This document shows, piece after piece, positions 49,220-62,005 of a stretch of DNA of 64,000 nucleotides. The stretch's first letter is position 1. The number at the start of each line of letters is the position of its first letter. The notes under the pieces were generated by a model. The model was not told where the DNA came from. It saw only the letters and a list, made by a program, of their open reading frames with translations, and did no database searches. This DNA is from Bugula neritina (lineage: Eukaryota; Animalia; Bryozoa). The position numbers and the translations under genes are program-made. Where the stretch lies: contig OZ037770.1 in the NCBI GenBank assembly GCA_964035545.1, positions 15,428,642-15,492,641 on the forward strand. The letters run 5' to 3'.

Positions 49220-50439
49220 GTCAGGTGAAGGCAATTTCAACTTTTAGATATCTCCAGCATGAGATGACAGCAGCTGATAAAAGCCTTTCTTCAACACGAA
49301 AATCTTATACTCATCAAGTTATGTGTGGCTCTTTGCTAAACTCCTTTGAGTGTCTTCAAAACCTGAAACATGCAAGAGATAATTCTGAGCTGCAAGCAGC
49401 GACAGCCATCTTGTTGTACCAGAGAACTGGTATTCTATACTTTTGAATAAATTATTAATAATCCATGCAAGAATAATAAAAAACATGATGATTATGAAGT
49501 GGAACTAGTAGACATACCCATAGTACTAGCATTGCATTAAGTTTTACTGAAAGTGTGTTTAGAAAACATACTAGCGGTACTACACTCCTACTTTACTACT
49601 ACTAGTACTAGTACTACCACTACTAGCAGACATACTCCAACTATCACCACGACTCATTGTAAAACCAAACCAGTAGATTTAATAGTTGTAGTCACATTTA
49701 ATTTTATAGCATTAATCTACTTCTAGCCTTAGAAGTTAGAGCAGGTACTAGTAGTAGTTGGATTACATCAACACTTGCTATTGTGTGTTACTATAACCCA
49801 CAATAATACTAATAGTAATAGTAATAGTAATGGTAATAGTCACTAATACTAATAGTAATAGTAATATAAATATTAAAATAGTAATACTAATACTAATAGT
49901 TTTACTCTTACTTTTAGTATTACTATTAGACTAAGAATTAATATAAATAGTATTTTGTAAATAATTATAATAACTACTACTACTAGTACTAGTAGTAGTA
50001 GGCCTACTCACTAGAAGTTGAAATGGACGTATCGGTATTCTCCTTCTGTCTCAAGAATTTTGCTTTGACTTTAACTTTAAGCTTAACTATTTGACTCCAA
50101 TTTTAACTGACTTTTACTTTGACTTTGAACGTCTTGGTTTTGGCTCTCGAGTTTCAGTTTTACTTGTAGTTACTGTTACTTTTAGTAATACTAATACTAA
50201 CAGTTATACTTGTAGTTTAAGTTTGTACTGTTTTATTGCAGGGACTCTAGCACGTTAATGATCGGATTTAGTCAGTTAAATTTAAAATTAATTTTATGCT
50301 TTCAAAAGTTGCATGTTTACTACATTCCCAGAGGTAACCGTAATACACACGCAATGTTGTTAATTTTACAAACACACTATTACTATTAGTATTACTATTA
50401 ACACTTGCTACATTTATTTACAATTAGAACGTAGTGAGG

Positions 50440-50610
50440 GCATAGGTTGGAGTAGCACGTGCATAAACTTCTGGCCCCTTTCGTCGACATTACAAATTGT
50501 TTACAGCACGCTGTACATCTATTGGTTGACTTTTGTAACCAAACCTGTAATTGGTTCCTTTACAGAAAAGTCCATCACGAAATTTGTCCGTGGCCATTTT
50601 GCGAGACTAA
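50440..50610 (-). promoter_or_regulatory. Probable promoter of the SLC25 gene
   Basis: Local CpG enrichment, CACGTG, two ATTGG (CCAAT) boxes, GCCATTTT (YY1-like) at ~50594; candidate 5'UTR donor (ctcac) at ~50010. Confidence 0.4.
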
Positions 50611-52323
50611 TGATATAGAGGGGACAAATCTTTAAATAAAACAGTTCAATGCAGACGACTAGTTATAACTTTCAAAGTTTAAAATAAAAATAATAAAGGT
50701 TTTTAAATTTACAAGTATTATAGTAATACTATTATAGTACGTGTGACTGCTACAATTTAACCAAGAAGTAAAAATTCAATGCAAAAAATATGAAAAGGTT
50801 TGTTGAAAAGATTTTCCTTTCTAAACAATTTGAATTATATACTATATACTAATATAGTATCAACATAAACATAATGTGAGTTTTGTAATGAAAAAATATA
50901 TATATAATTATAATTAACATGATAAATTAAAACTAATTAAAAAGTTATTGCATTCATTATTACACCCATATCGGTTACAACTTATAAGCAGCTGTCAGCG
51001 AGTGTAACTATGAATGACACAGCTGTCTTATATGATTCCACTGTGTTGCAGCACGCACAAGTATGGGGATTGAGATATATATGTAGTGCATTATGTCCTT
51101 CACCATCACAGTTTTGGCATTGTATCCCAATCATACCTACAGGGTCTTAGATCATCATATTATTTTGTTGGTGGTTATATTTTCCAGAGAACACAACTCC
51201 TGTACAATTCAAATGTTCAGACAAAGTCAAATTAGGATTCAACTATATTTAACTTTATTATGTAAATGGTATTATGTATATGTTATGTAGATAGAATGCG
51301 CTTGTTTGTATTATATACGTAAGTAACTTAAATAATATCATCTCCAGAAAGAAAGGAATAGTGAGACAACTTCAAATTGTAAGTGCATAAAGCTGTTCAT
51401 TCTCTACCACTGTTCTAATCATGGGACTTGCAGTATTCAGTATAATATTACTATAATGTAGTTGCCAACTTATATATTATATCAGAAAAATTGCATATAA
51501 TTGAAATCAGGTGTGCGTCTGTCCAACAGTTTGAGGCACCATCATCAGTATGTGATGCTACAATCTAGTGATTTCAGTATAATATCTGTATATAGTATAT
51601 AATGTATATAATATAGCATTATATTAAATGAACAATAGCATTAGACTGTTAACATGATTATGTAATAGCTACAAGGTTATGCTCAGAACAGAAAGATGAC
51701 TCAAAGTCTCAAACTCAGTTTATAGCGTGGTGTTGTCTATATACACATTTTATTGATGCTATACTATATACACTATTTAGAAGTACATAGGTTGCATGAA
51801 TATATCACGGGCTACTTTTATTAGCAGAATATACTTTATTTTGGACAACATCAGATTATAACAATTGATAGTATATATTAACAACTTGAAAATTACAACT
51901 GCAATTCATACAAACAAAGAATTTTTTTTTATTTTCTCACATTGTCATAAGTTATTTCAGCAAAATTCTTGAAACTATCTTTGTCTGTTATGCTTAGTAC
52001 TTGCCACAACACCTAAAATAAACATCGCATCTTTATAAAAATTACAAAGCCTATATAGTTTGCAAAACATCTCAGCCTATCTTTATATTAAATTGATTCG
52101 CTTATAATTTAGTTTAACTTCTATAATTGAGTGATTATATAATGTTAATATGATTATTATTGCAATTAATTCTAATTTTATTGTTAATACATGTTATATT
52201 ACATAAATTGAGTAAAAGTAATACTTATACGGCTAGTGCTACCAGTTTGCTAATCTAGAATAATAGCAACAGCAAGAACTAATATCTAGTGGCCTACAAA
52301 GACTAGTAGCCACAGCGAGAGAG

Positions 52324-55200
52324 GTGTCCCCTGCAAGAGTACGGCAGGAAGAGCGAGTACGGGTGCAGCCTCATGGGAACAGCTACTTCTTACCCGGCAA
52401 GATAGCGGGTAAAGCTGTTACCTTTCTGCTCGAATCAGGCAGCACTACGAACCTCATAAGTCGCCAGCTCTTTGACACTCAGCGAGTGAGATGGAACCAT
52501 ACGACGGAGAGTGTGGCACCCTGGCAGACGGGTCGTGCATCCCTTTCTATGGATGGGATGCATACATAGAAAGGGATACGCTCCACCACCCCCTACCACC
52601 CCCAAGCTAACAATGTGGTGGAGCGCAACAATGGGTTGTTAGGTGATGTGCTCCGGAGTCTGCTCCTTGAGCGTAGCCAGGAGGAATGGGATACGGTACT
52701 GCCGCAGGTCATGCGCGTTTACCGCAGCACGCCACACACCAGCACTGGTGAAATTCCCAACCTCCTGATGCTCGATCGAGAGACTCGGGTTCCTGACCAC
52801 CTTACCTACCATGTTCCCGAGCAGGATAGCTCAGCTCACGAGTAGGCCAGTGAACTGGTAGAGCAGATGAAGGTCGAACACGAAATGCTGCGGGAAAGGC
52901 AGTGGCAGGTGCGGCGTGAAGACTCCGATGAGCCACCCCTCTATCAGATGGGGGACTGGGTGGAGATGGTAAATTACCGTAGGCGCCGAAGCAAGCGGCT
53001 AAGTTATAGCCTAAGTTCGTGGGACCCTACGTAGTAGTCGAGGCGATGCCCAACCATACCTACAAGATCGAGCGCTCAGGACAGGTGTCTATCCAGAATG
53101 AGGCTCGCTTGAAGCTGTATTGAGCTAGCCCTGACGCGGTGGAAGAAGCCCCCCCCCCCGTTGTTGGAGGCCCGGAGGCAAACAACAATGCATGGGCGAT
53201 GGCAACATGGACCTGAGTATGAGGTGGTCGTGCCGCGGGAAGAGGACCTCGCAAGAGACGAGCGATCGCTTCTACCGACAGAAGTGCAACCGTCACCTCC
53301 AGCGCCAGGCCTGACATCATCACTTCCGGAACCCGAGCCGGATCTGGAAGTGCAAACCCCCACGGAGGGAGGGGCTTCATCCGGAGAAATCAGAGAAGAA
53401 ATAGTTACTAGGAAGCCGGAAGCTCCGCCAGTGGAACTTGATAGTCCACCGGTGAGTGCACCACCTGCTCTGGAACGAGGACAGCGTACCAGACAACCCT
53501 CAGCATATTTAAAAGACTTCATATGTGACTGCGTTCAAAGCGGCAAGTATGTAAGTCCAGCAGGGGGCCGTACGGACAAACCATCAGTTAATTGTGGGAG
53601 TTGTGAGCCCCACGTAAAAACTGACTTTTACACGGGCGGAACTACAAATGAAATTCATCCGCCGGGTGTGAGAAGCCATAGTCATGCACCACAATCGCGT
53701 TGCCCAGTCTTTTCTTATGCTGATGCAGTTAAGAGCAGCTGTACCATTAGTCACTAGTAAAAAAAACTATTCTAAAATTCAGTATGTCTTACCATACCGG
53801 ATCGAGGGGTGAGTTAACTATATTCATCTGGTATGGAAACTAAATTGCATCACTCGGCTCTGACTCGACTGAGTTAACTGAACTGGAGATAAGGCTAGCG
53901 AAAGTCAGTGGCGGGGACACAGACTGACTTGGAGATCCTAGCGATCTCCCATTGCAGTGTGTGTTCTCAACCAACTATTCGCTAGTATAGATCTCGCGAG
54001 TGTCTAACTGAACAGGGAACGCCGGCGGCACTTCAGAGTATATCACTAACACTGTTGAACTCTTTCAGGTTACACTCGACCTGCTACCACCAGGTTACGG
54101 GACTAACCGCTTCCTCCCTTACCTATGAAAGAAGTAGAAGGGGGATTACCAGGGCTACTACGGAAAGGAAAACAGAGGCCGCCTGGGAGCCGAAAGGAAG
54201 CACCCAATGCCAGATATGTCACGAGAACCGTCCATCCCATCGTTCCTTAAGACTACATGTGAATGCACATTTCTTATTAGCCTTTTGTCTGTGTGGGCAT
54301 CACGACGTCTATCCCTACCCAGTCATCGTACACAGAGCTACCTGGTGCTACCCCGGAGAAAACGACGTTGTAGACGCTGACATGTATCCTGAGTTCTTAG
54401 CAGTGATACGACCACTGTTTAAGAAGGCCTTGGTGCTAGCCATTCTGACCTCTAGATTTCAAAACGTGTTAAAATACGCCCAGTAACAATTCCCTATGGT
54501 ATCTGATAAGCCCGAAGCTGTATCCATCCCAGAGGAACCGACTCCAGCGGAGATAGAGGAAGAGGTAGAATCACCTCACAGAAGGCCCACGACCCCAGCC
54601 CCGGAAAGACCGACTTGTCTGGCCACAGTAAAGGAGCGACTTCTACGACTACAGGCCAATTTTACTCCGATTGGCCCCGGACTTACTTAACACAACCACT
54701 GGGCTGTATCAACTTAAGGACTCCGTAGGGCGGATAAAGAGAAGACTACGCGCCCGTCAGGCTAAACATCGATTCCCAAAGTAATGACGACAACCTTACA
54801 GAAAGAAAGGAACTATCTGCGAGTCTTATCCTTCCTGGGAATTCTCTGTGGTCTTGTAGATGCCCTACCCTTTCCTCTCCCGCTAGTTACCGACATAGCT
54901 GGTAGTACTTCTCTCTGTATATCTGGCCGTGTATTGTATTTTTGTGGTTATTTCTTATTATTGCTATCTTATGTATGTCATGTAGTATGTATCTGTTCTT
55001 TTTCTGTTACTGTTATTGTATGAATACTATTATCAGAAAGTAGATAGATTACTATTACAATAGAAAAGGGGAAAGCGTTAATTCCCTTCTAAACAGACTG
55101 TACAAAAAGAAGACCTGATCAGGACGAACCCTCCAATAGAAACAGTCATAGATTATGTATTGAGGACAGTGTCTTCCCGGGCAGTAGTTAGTTGTTAGTA
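52324..55200 (+). mobile_element. Decayed, internally deleted Ty3/Gypsy retroelement remnant
   Basis: GC-richer island; protease-like GKAVTFLLESGSTTNLIS joined directly to integrase C-half (STTPYHPQANNVVERNN, YRSTPHTSTGEIPNLLM, PKFVGPY GPY/F motif, RTRQPSAYLKDF) with stops and frameshifts; RT/RNase H absent; no LTR pair seen; ends approximate. Confidence 0.85.
54055..54785 (+). pseudogene. Disrupted accessory ORF of the Gypsy remnant: zinc-finger-like motifs, acidic/Pro linker and coiled-coil-like tail
   Basis: CQICHENRPSHRSLRLHVNAH (C-x2-C-x12-H-x3-H) then CLCGHHDVYPYPVIVHRATWC; TAA at 54484-54486 in frame with the next ORF; after a frameshift near 54670 LAPDLLNTTTGLYQLKDSVGRIKRRLRARQAKHRFPK*. 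Confidence 0.55.
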
Positions 55201-56824
55201 GGCAGGCGAACTGTAAGCACTTGACTAAGTTGTTGTGAATTGTCAGAGTAAATGTGAAGTTTTACTATTGTATCTATTTGTATAAATATAATTATCTATT
55301 ATCCCGTAACAGCAATTGTGAAGTTGATTTGGATTACAAACAATGTGCTAAATTGATTATACACTGAAACCCCACAAGAGCAAAACACAACAATAGACAT
55401 AGTAATACTAATAGTAATACTATTATTAAAATTTTGAACTTGATCACCATTATTATGTAATAGTATTACTACTAGTATTAGTGCTAGTGATCACTGATCA
55501 CTATTAGTATTAGTTATATTTAATAGTATATGTATGAATAAATACTAAAATAGTTATACTAAAAGTAAAAGTAAAACTAAAAGTAAATAGTCATAAACCA
55601 GAGTCACCAATAGTTAGAATGCTATAAAAACTTACCTAATTTAAGTTTCAATGATTGGCAAAAACATCTCTTCATTTAATTTATTTGCTCGCCAAGTCTG
55701 ATGATTGTGAAAAACTGGTACAAATTACATGAATGTGAAGGATTTTCAATTTTTCAAATTGGGTCCTGTATTATTTTGAGTAGCGGATGCCTACAATTAA
55801 TATAATATTTCAAACCCAAAATAGAATATTTCGATACTCTGATTCAAGTTTTAAAAAGATTAGGTTGAAAATTAATATTAATGGGCTTTATGTGACAAAT
55901 CAAATACTAATAGAGTTTCTATCATAGTCAATTTTTATTGACAAAAAGTTTTTTAATAGTTAATTTCGTTTTCACTTTTCTCACAATACTTTTGGAAACT
56001 TTTATATGTATCGAATAGACAACTCTTAAAAAACATGCGCTATTTGCCTATGAAGTGAACTGCGAGTTCGAGTAAATAATAATTATACATAATTATTTAC
56101 AAGTTTGATCAACCCGTTACAAAACTACGTCTTTTTATACGTACATCTCGCAAGAAAAATAAACGATAAAAATAATGGATAAAACGCAATCTAAAAATAT
56201 ATACTTAAATCAATATTATTAAATAAAATTATATCCAATTATAAAAATATATAATATATAAATACAATATAATACATAAATAATATTTATGATATATAAA
56301 TGAACAATATATAAAATATATAAAATGAACAATATATATAATTTATTATAATATATATATATATATATATATTATTGTATATATATATATATTATTATAC
56401 AAATAAAAATATATTAATATATGTAATATATTTAATATAAATAAATAACATTATAATAAAATATAAATTTGGGCGTTTTATATCAGTGCACATAACTTTC
56501 CAGAATATAAAAGTAACTTTATGAGGTGCAACATTGAGATGACAACTATTTTTAATTGAGTTTGTAAGACTAAATTCCTACTTACTCATTATAGTTGTAA
56601 TTGTGAAAAGCTGGTGCGAAGTCTACAAAGGGTGGATTGTTTTCAAGTCAATGCATTTTAATTTATAAAAAAGAAAATATCTAAGCCAAAAACTTTTAGT
56701 ATTATCTTTTTGATATTAAAGTATATGAACTATGTAGTTAAAGAATTGCACTTTTGAATACATATTGCTGCTAAAAATATGTGTATAGGCATCAACCCCC
56801 CTCTGTATCCACCACTAGTTGTTA

Positions 56825-56950
56825 TTGGCGTGTCAAGCTACTAGCAACCTTTTAACCAATTGAATTGAACAGGTTATCACGTGCAGCCAATCGAATCTGT
56901 ACTAATCAGCTGACCTGAGCAGGTAAACATGGGTGACCATGGCAACGCAA
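56825..56950. promoter_or_regulatory. Promoter-like motif cluster (CCAAT x3, E-box, forkhead GTAAACA, RFX X-box)
   Basis: ATTGG ~56824, CCAAT ~56857 and ~56887, CACGTG 56878-56883, GTAAACA 56923-56929, GTGACCATGGCAAC 56933-56946. Confidence 0.5.
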
Positions 56951-59074
56951 CGACTCCAGACGAGCCGTGATAGGATTTAAAATGTCCAGTAGAAGAATAG
57001 ATATACTGGTTTTATATACTTTATGCATACTGTATAGAATAATCCTGCATGCAGATGATCTATGTTATATATAATACAAATTAGTAATATAATGTTATAA
57101 CAAACAACTCTCTTTTCATCTGGCAAGTAACTAAAAGAATTACTACCAACTAAGTTATGAAAGTTGGTTTAAGAATATGTCATCTACTCAGAGTGAGATT
57201 TCTCAGGTACTATTTAGTTATTTATATGTAAGATCATGAATATCATATATAACATCACATTGGTGCATACCCTAACACTATAAACTGTAACTTTTATATT
57301 ATTGCAAACTATGGCAGTGCCACTTAGTTGAACTGTGGCTGTGATAATATTATGTACTCAGTATAAACTAAAATAATGATGCAGCATATAATATGGTATA
57401 TATGATACAGGGATAGAACCTAAGCTACACAAACTTGTAAATTTCTACAGTACGTCTAAATTAGCTTATTCCTATGCTAATGCATTGCATTTAATCAACA
57501 TTTCACCGCTTAATTTCTCATTAACTTATCTTGTACGACATATAAACACATCATGTGCATGAATCACTCAGCTTGACAGGGTTGTACTATGTTGAAATAT
57601 GTTATGCCAGCTGTATTGTTATAGTGGAAATGAAAGCGTCTCTTCACTTTCGAGAATCGCTTGAGACAGCGCAAAAATAGGAGTTACTGAGTGCAGCGGT
57701 TAGGATATTTAGTTTAGAGCAAGCGTTTGAACCGACGGCCATACAAACATTGTACTCAATGACCCTCAGATGCTGTGCTGTCTCTAGCGATTCCTTTGGC
57801 ATCTAGTCATTGCATTCTTGGTATAATTAGTCAATAATGTAATGAGATGCCAATCTATTCGATAAAACGTGTTTGCAGCAATCAGTGCACTTCTAGCAGA
57901 GCATCATACTAGTACGTAGTAGTTACAGATGAGATCTGTCTATACAGAGCTGAATTCACGCACTAGTAGTAAGTAATAGCTTTATATTTGAATACGGTTT
58001 GCAGTGAAAATAAAGCTAGTTTTAAAATTAAGTTTATCTCGGAGGGTTTCTTCTGTTTCGAATAATAGGATTGCCTCTGGCTCTACTGCATTCAGGATGT
58101 TTGTGCATTCAACTATAACATGTTTTAAGCTGAGGAGCAAGGAAAGATAATTCCTTGCAGTTTTCTGAGTTTTTGGAACCAATATGAATATAATTGTATA
58201 ATCTAGTTTAGTAAGGTTTACACTGCAGGTATGATCAAGCGTATTGTGTTCAGTGATTATTGAAGGTAGGTATAGTGTTGGAGAAATTCCAAAACTCTGT
58301 GGTTCAGGTGAAATATCTCACAGAAGGTGTTATGTTCATGTGAAACCCCAAACCCCCTTCTCTCTCCAATTCTCTAACGCCCTCACCCACTACATAGGCT
58401 AACTGAGTAGTTAAAGAAACTGGCCTAGTATTGTTTTGACTAATGCACTGAATCCTATAGCTGACTCTGTTAAAGTGTTTGTGTTGTGTTTCATCAACAG
58501 TTACTGCTGTCAGGGATAACATCTGACCATACTGCTGCTGTAAGATATAAGTTTGAGATAAAAGTGAGAAACTAGCCCAGAATCTTTGACGCTGCAAGCC
58601 CTCTTAGGGCTATGTGGTTATAAAACCTAAATGTATAGGTTTGCAAAAACTATCATCTGTTGACACATGTCCATAAATAATATATTATATACTGACTCAA
58701 CAATATATAGTGTAGAGCACTGAATAGTCTCAAATACATTAATGTGTGGTTTCAGAATAATATGTGAAGCTAGTATAATATTTTTAACAATTATTATTCT
58801 AGAAAAATTATTATAACCTGAATATTATATGATTATAGTTTACAATATAATATACTTTTGTGTTAAAATTTTATATAACCAGGAATTCATGCATGTAATA
58901 AATATTGTTAATACTTATTCTTATTAAAATAATGCACTTTATACTCAGTATTAAATTAGTATTAAAATATTATTTACTGTTTATTTATTACTCGTAATAA
59001 ATTAGCCGCCTGAAATAACCCAAAGCAGAAGCTGACTGCAGTTGCTAAGTGACTCACTTACATTTACTTGTAGA

Positions 59075-60252
59075 ATGAATAGAACCAAGGCCCGGTTTAT
59101 AGCTCTCTTTGGACTTGTTGTAGTTGCAACTTACATTTTAACTCACCTCTACTCTCCTCCACACTCCATAACCCGCCTGGATCCCAACACCTTGCAGTTG
59201 ATACCCTTTGCTGGGAATAAAACCCAGTCAGACATCAGGATAGTCTATGCGGCCACAGGCTCATATGGCTCCTGGAATAGATTGTCTTTCCAAGGTTGTT
59301 CATTCTCAAAGTGCAAGCTGCAGTCAAGTGGGGAGTTTAGGTATATTGAAAGAGCTGATGTTGTCTTATTCGAGTACCAACCAGATATCCTTTATCCACT
59401 GGTGCCCCGGGGAATTAGGCAACACCAGTATTGGGTGCTTTTTACCAAAGAAGCGCCAAAAACTCCGTATAACACATGGCAGGAGGCGGTGAATGGAAAG
59501 TTTAATTTTACTGTGACTTATAGACGTGACTCAGGGATACATGAACCTTATGGGAAGACAGTCAAGCTTCCTCGTACATATTGAATTCTAGGCTAAGTTT
59601 CAATTACTCTTCTGGCAAAACTAAAGGTGCTTACGTATACGTCTCAAACTGCTATAGCTTTAAATATGACAGAATTAAAGCAATAAATTATCTAAAGAAA
59701 TATATCGATGTAGATTTATTTGGTTACTGTGTGGGAAACAAACCATGTCCTCGTATGAATTACACATGTGAGAAAGTTCTACATTCTAAGTATAGGTTCT
59801 ACCTCAGCTTTGAGAATTCACTTTGCAAAGACTACATAACAGAGAAGTTCTGGGCTCGGTTTGCTTCCGACAGTCACCTACTTCCTGTAGCCATCGGAGG
59901 TCTTTCACAGCAAGAATACGATGATGTAGCTCCTCCCAACTCCTACATTCACGCGTATAACTTTACCTCTCTCGGCCATCTCGGCAGATATTTAAAAATG
60001 TTGATGACGAATGACACAGCATACCACAAATATCATGAGTGGAGAGCTAGTTATAGAGTAGAGACTGGCGGCCGTATGTATAAAAAGACTGCATGTAAAC
60101 TGTGTGAACTCGCTCATACAGGAACTAAAATACCTGCTCAGAATAACTTAGATAGTTGGTATAGCCCTAGAACAACCTGCAGATTTCATTCTATGTTACC
60201 TGCTAGTCGTTTTTCAATCCTTAATGAAATTAGGAACCGTCTTTATATATAG
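59075..60252 (+). pseudogene. Alpha-1,3-fucosyltransferase (GT10) with a 2-nt frameshift insertion
   Basis: ATG 59075 after acceptor ttgtag; type II TM anchor, ADVVLF, QYWV..KEAP, FNFTVTYRRDS; TGA at 59582-59584; the second frame continues with YVSNC and YRFYLSFENSLCKDYITEKFW. Removing 2 nt at 59579-59580 restores exact colinearity with the paralogue. Confidence 0.88.
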
Positions 60253-62005
60253 GATAAAAATGTAGTTCTATATTCCTCACTGAAAGTATTGTTTAGTAAG
60301 ATATTATTATTTATGTTTGTATAAATTAAATTTATTTTGGCATTTTATAGCCCTGTTTGTCTATAACTTTGACTTGTATTCTATTACACTATTTCATTAA
60401 AATCTCAAATATCTATAAAATTAGAAAATTTCAGATTAAATAATAAAGCAGTTATAGTGTCATATTTTAATATAAACTGACAAACTATCCAAGAAGCAAT
60501 CTAGTGTGGAAATGGTAGCAAGTCATGCAAATTGTATATGAATGATTTACAGCCATATGCTTTTCTAAACTTATACTGGCAATTTATTCACACTAAAGCT
60601 CAATTAAAATAAATATTATACACATCATACCAGCAGTAATGAATCCAAGAACTATGCATAAATATTGTACAAATTCCAGATATCGGAAGTAATGACTAGA
60701 TTGATAAAGGGAATGTATAGTTAGAAATTCATAATATTCTAGGCTTCAGTTATTAGGAGTTATTTTCTTTAATGCACTGATCACGACATAAACTTATTCA
60801 CTCTAATTGATTTAAAATGTAATAACTAAAATTGTTTGTTAAATTATATTTAAATAATTTTTCATTTTAATTTGAAACCCTCAGCTTCAAATGTTGCTTG
60901 TACAATTTTTAATTCGAATTCTTTTATTCCGCACGAAGACTACTACTAACAAGTTTCTTGTTAAGGCTTTCCGTTTATTAGCATTAGCATTATTCACCAT
61001 TAGTATTACTAATGCTATTAGTATTAGTATTACTGTTAGTGTTGGTATTACTATTAGTATACTTATATTTAGTAATAGTAATACTAATAGTTGTACTTCA
61101 TTATTGATCATAATAATAATTAACAAATAAAAGATTTAATGTAGTCATGATGATGATTTCCAATACGGATTCATAAAGTGCTAATGAGATAAATTTAAAT
61201 TAACTTCAACTTGGCCTGGTGACCATCATCATACCGAGTATGATACTCCATAGTCCATAGCCTTCGGCTTGGGTGCCATGATTATCATCACCTTAGATTT
61301 ACAGTTAAATGCACATGGAAATTTAAGTTGACCTAAACTTAAACTTAAAGGAACAAAACAAAGTTCAATTCTGGATTGACTTTTGAGTTAGGCTCTTAGA
61401 GCTATTGTTTGGTGTTGAAGTGTTTCATTTTAAAGATTATGATTTGGATTTAAGTTGTTCACTTTTTTACACCAGTGGCAGTGCATTTTTAGTTATCAAT
61501 TAATGTAGGCTAGTCACTGTGAGCAGGTATTGAGATTAAATAACATCTTATTAGCTTGTTTGTTTGAATTAAACAACAGGTTGTAAGTTATTGTGAAATA
61601 TTAAATTATTCGGACTCCAGGGATTTCAGTCTGAAACTTAATAGAATGATGACTTAAATTTGTGTAAAGTTATTTAATTTTAGTTGCATTTATTATTTAG
61701 ATGGGTATTCCGATAGGCTGTCTTGCGACTCTAACGATTAGATATGGTTGAATCTGAGAAAAGAAAACAAAATTGGAGATGTTAGATTGCAAAAGTTGAT
61801 ACCTTAGAAGTTAAAACGACTCTGATATTCCTCTTATTGCATTAGAAAAGTACGGTCTCATCATAACTTCCACATTAATTACTTTTTTCTATTTTGTTTT
61901 AACGGTTTGCCATTTTAAATATAGTTATTGATTTTTTTATTTTTTAGTGTTTTAAATCATGAGTTGCTTTCTAATGCGATACTGGTAACAATTGTTTTTA
62001 GTAGG

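Noticed and set aside
56795-56818. ccccctctgtatccaccactag as a DNA-transposon terminal repeat
   Set aside because: Only one possible end seen; no partner TIR or TSD found.
57690-57740. tRNA/SINE-like fragment
   Set aside because: No convincing cloverleaf or intact A/B boxes.
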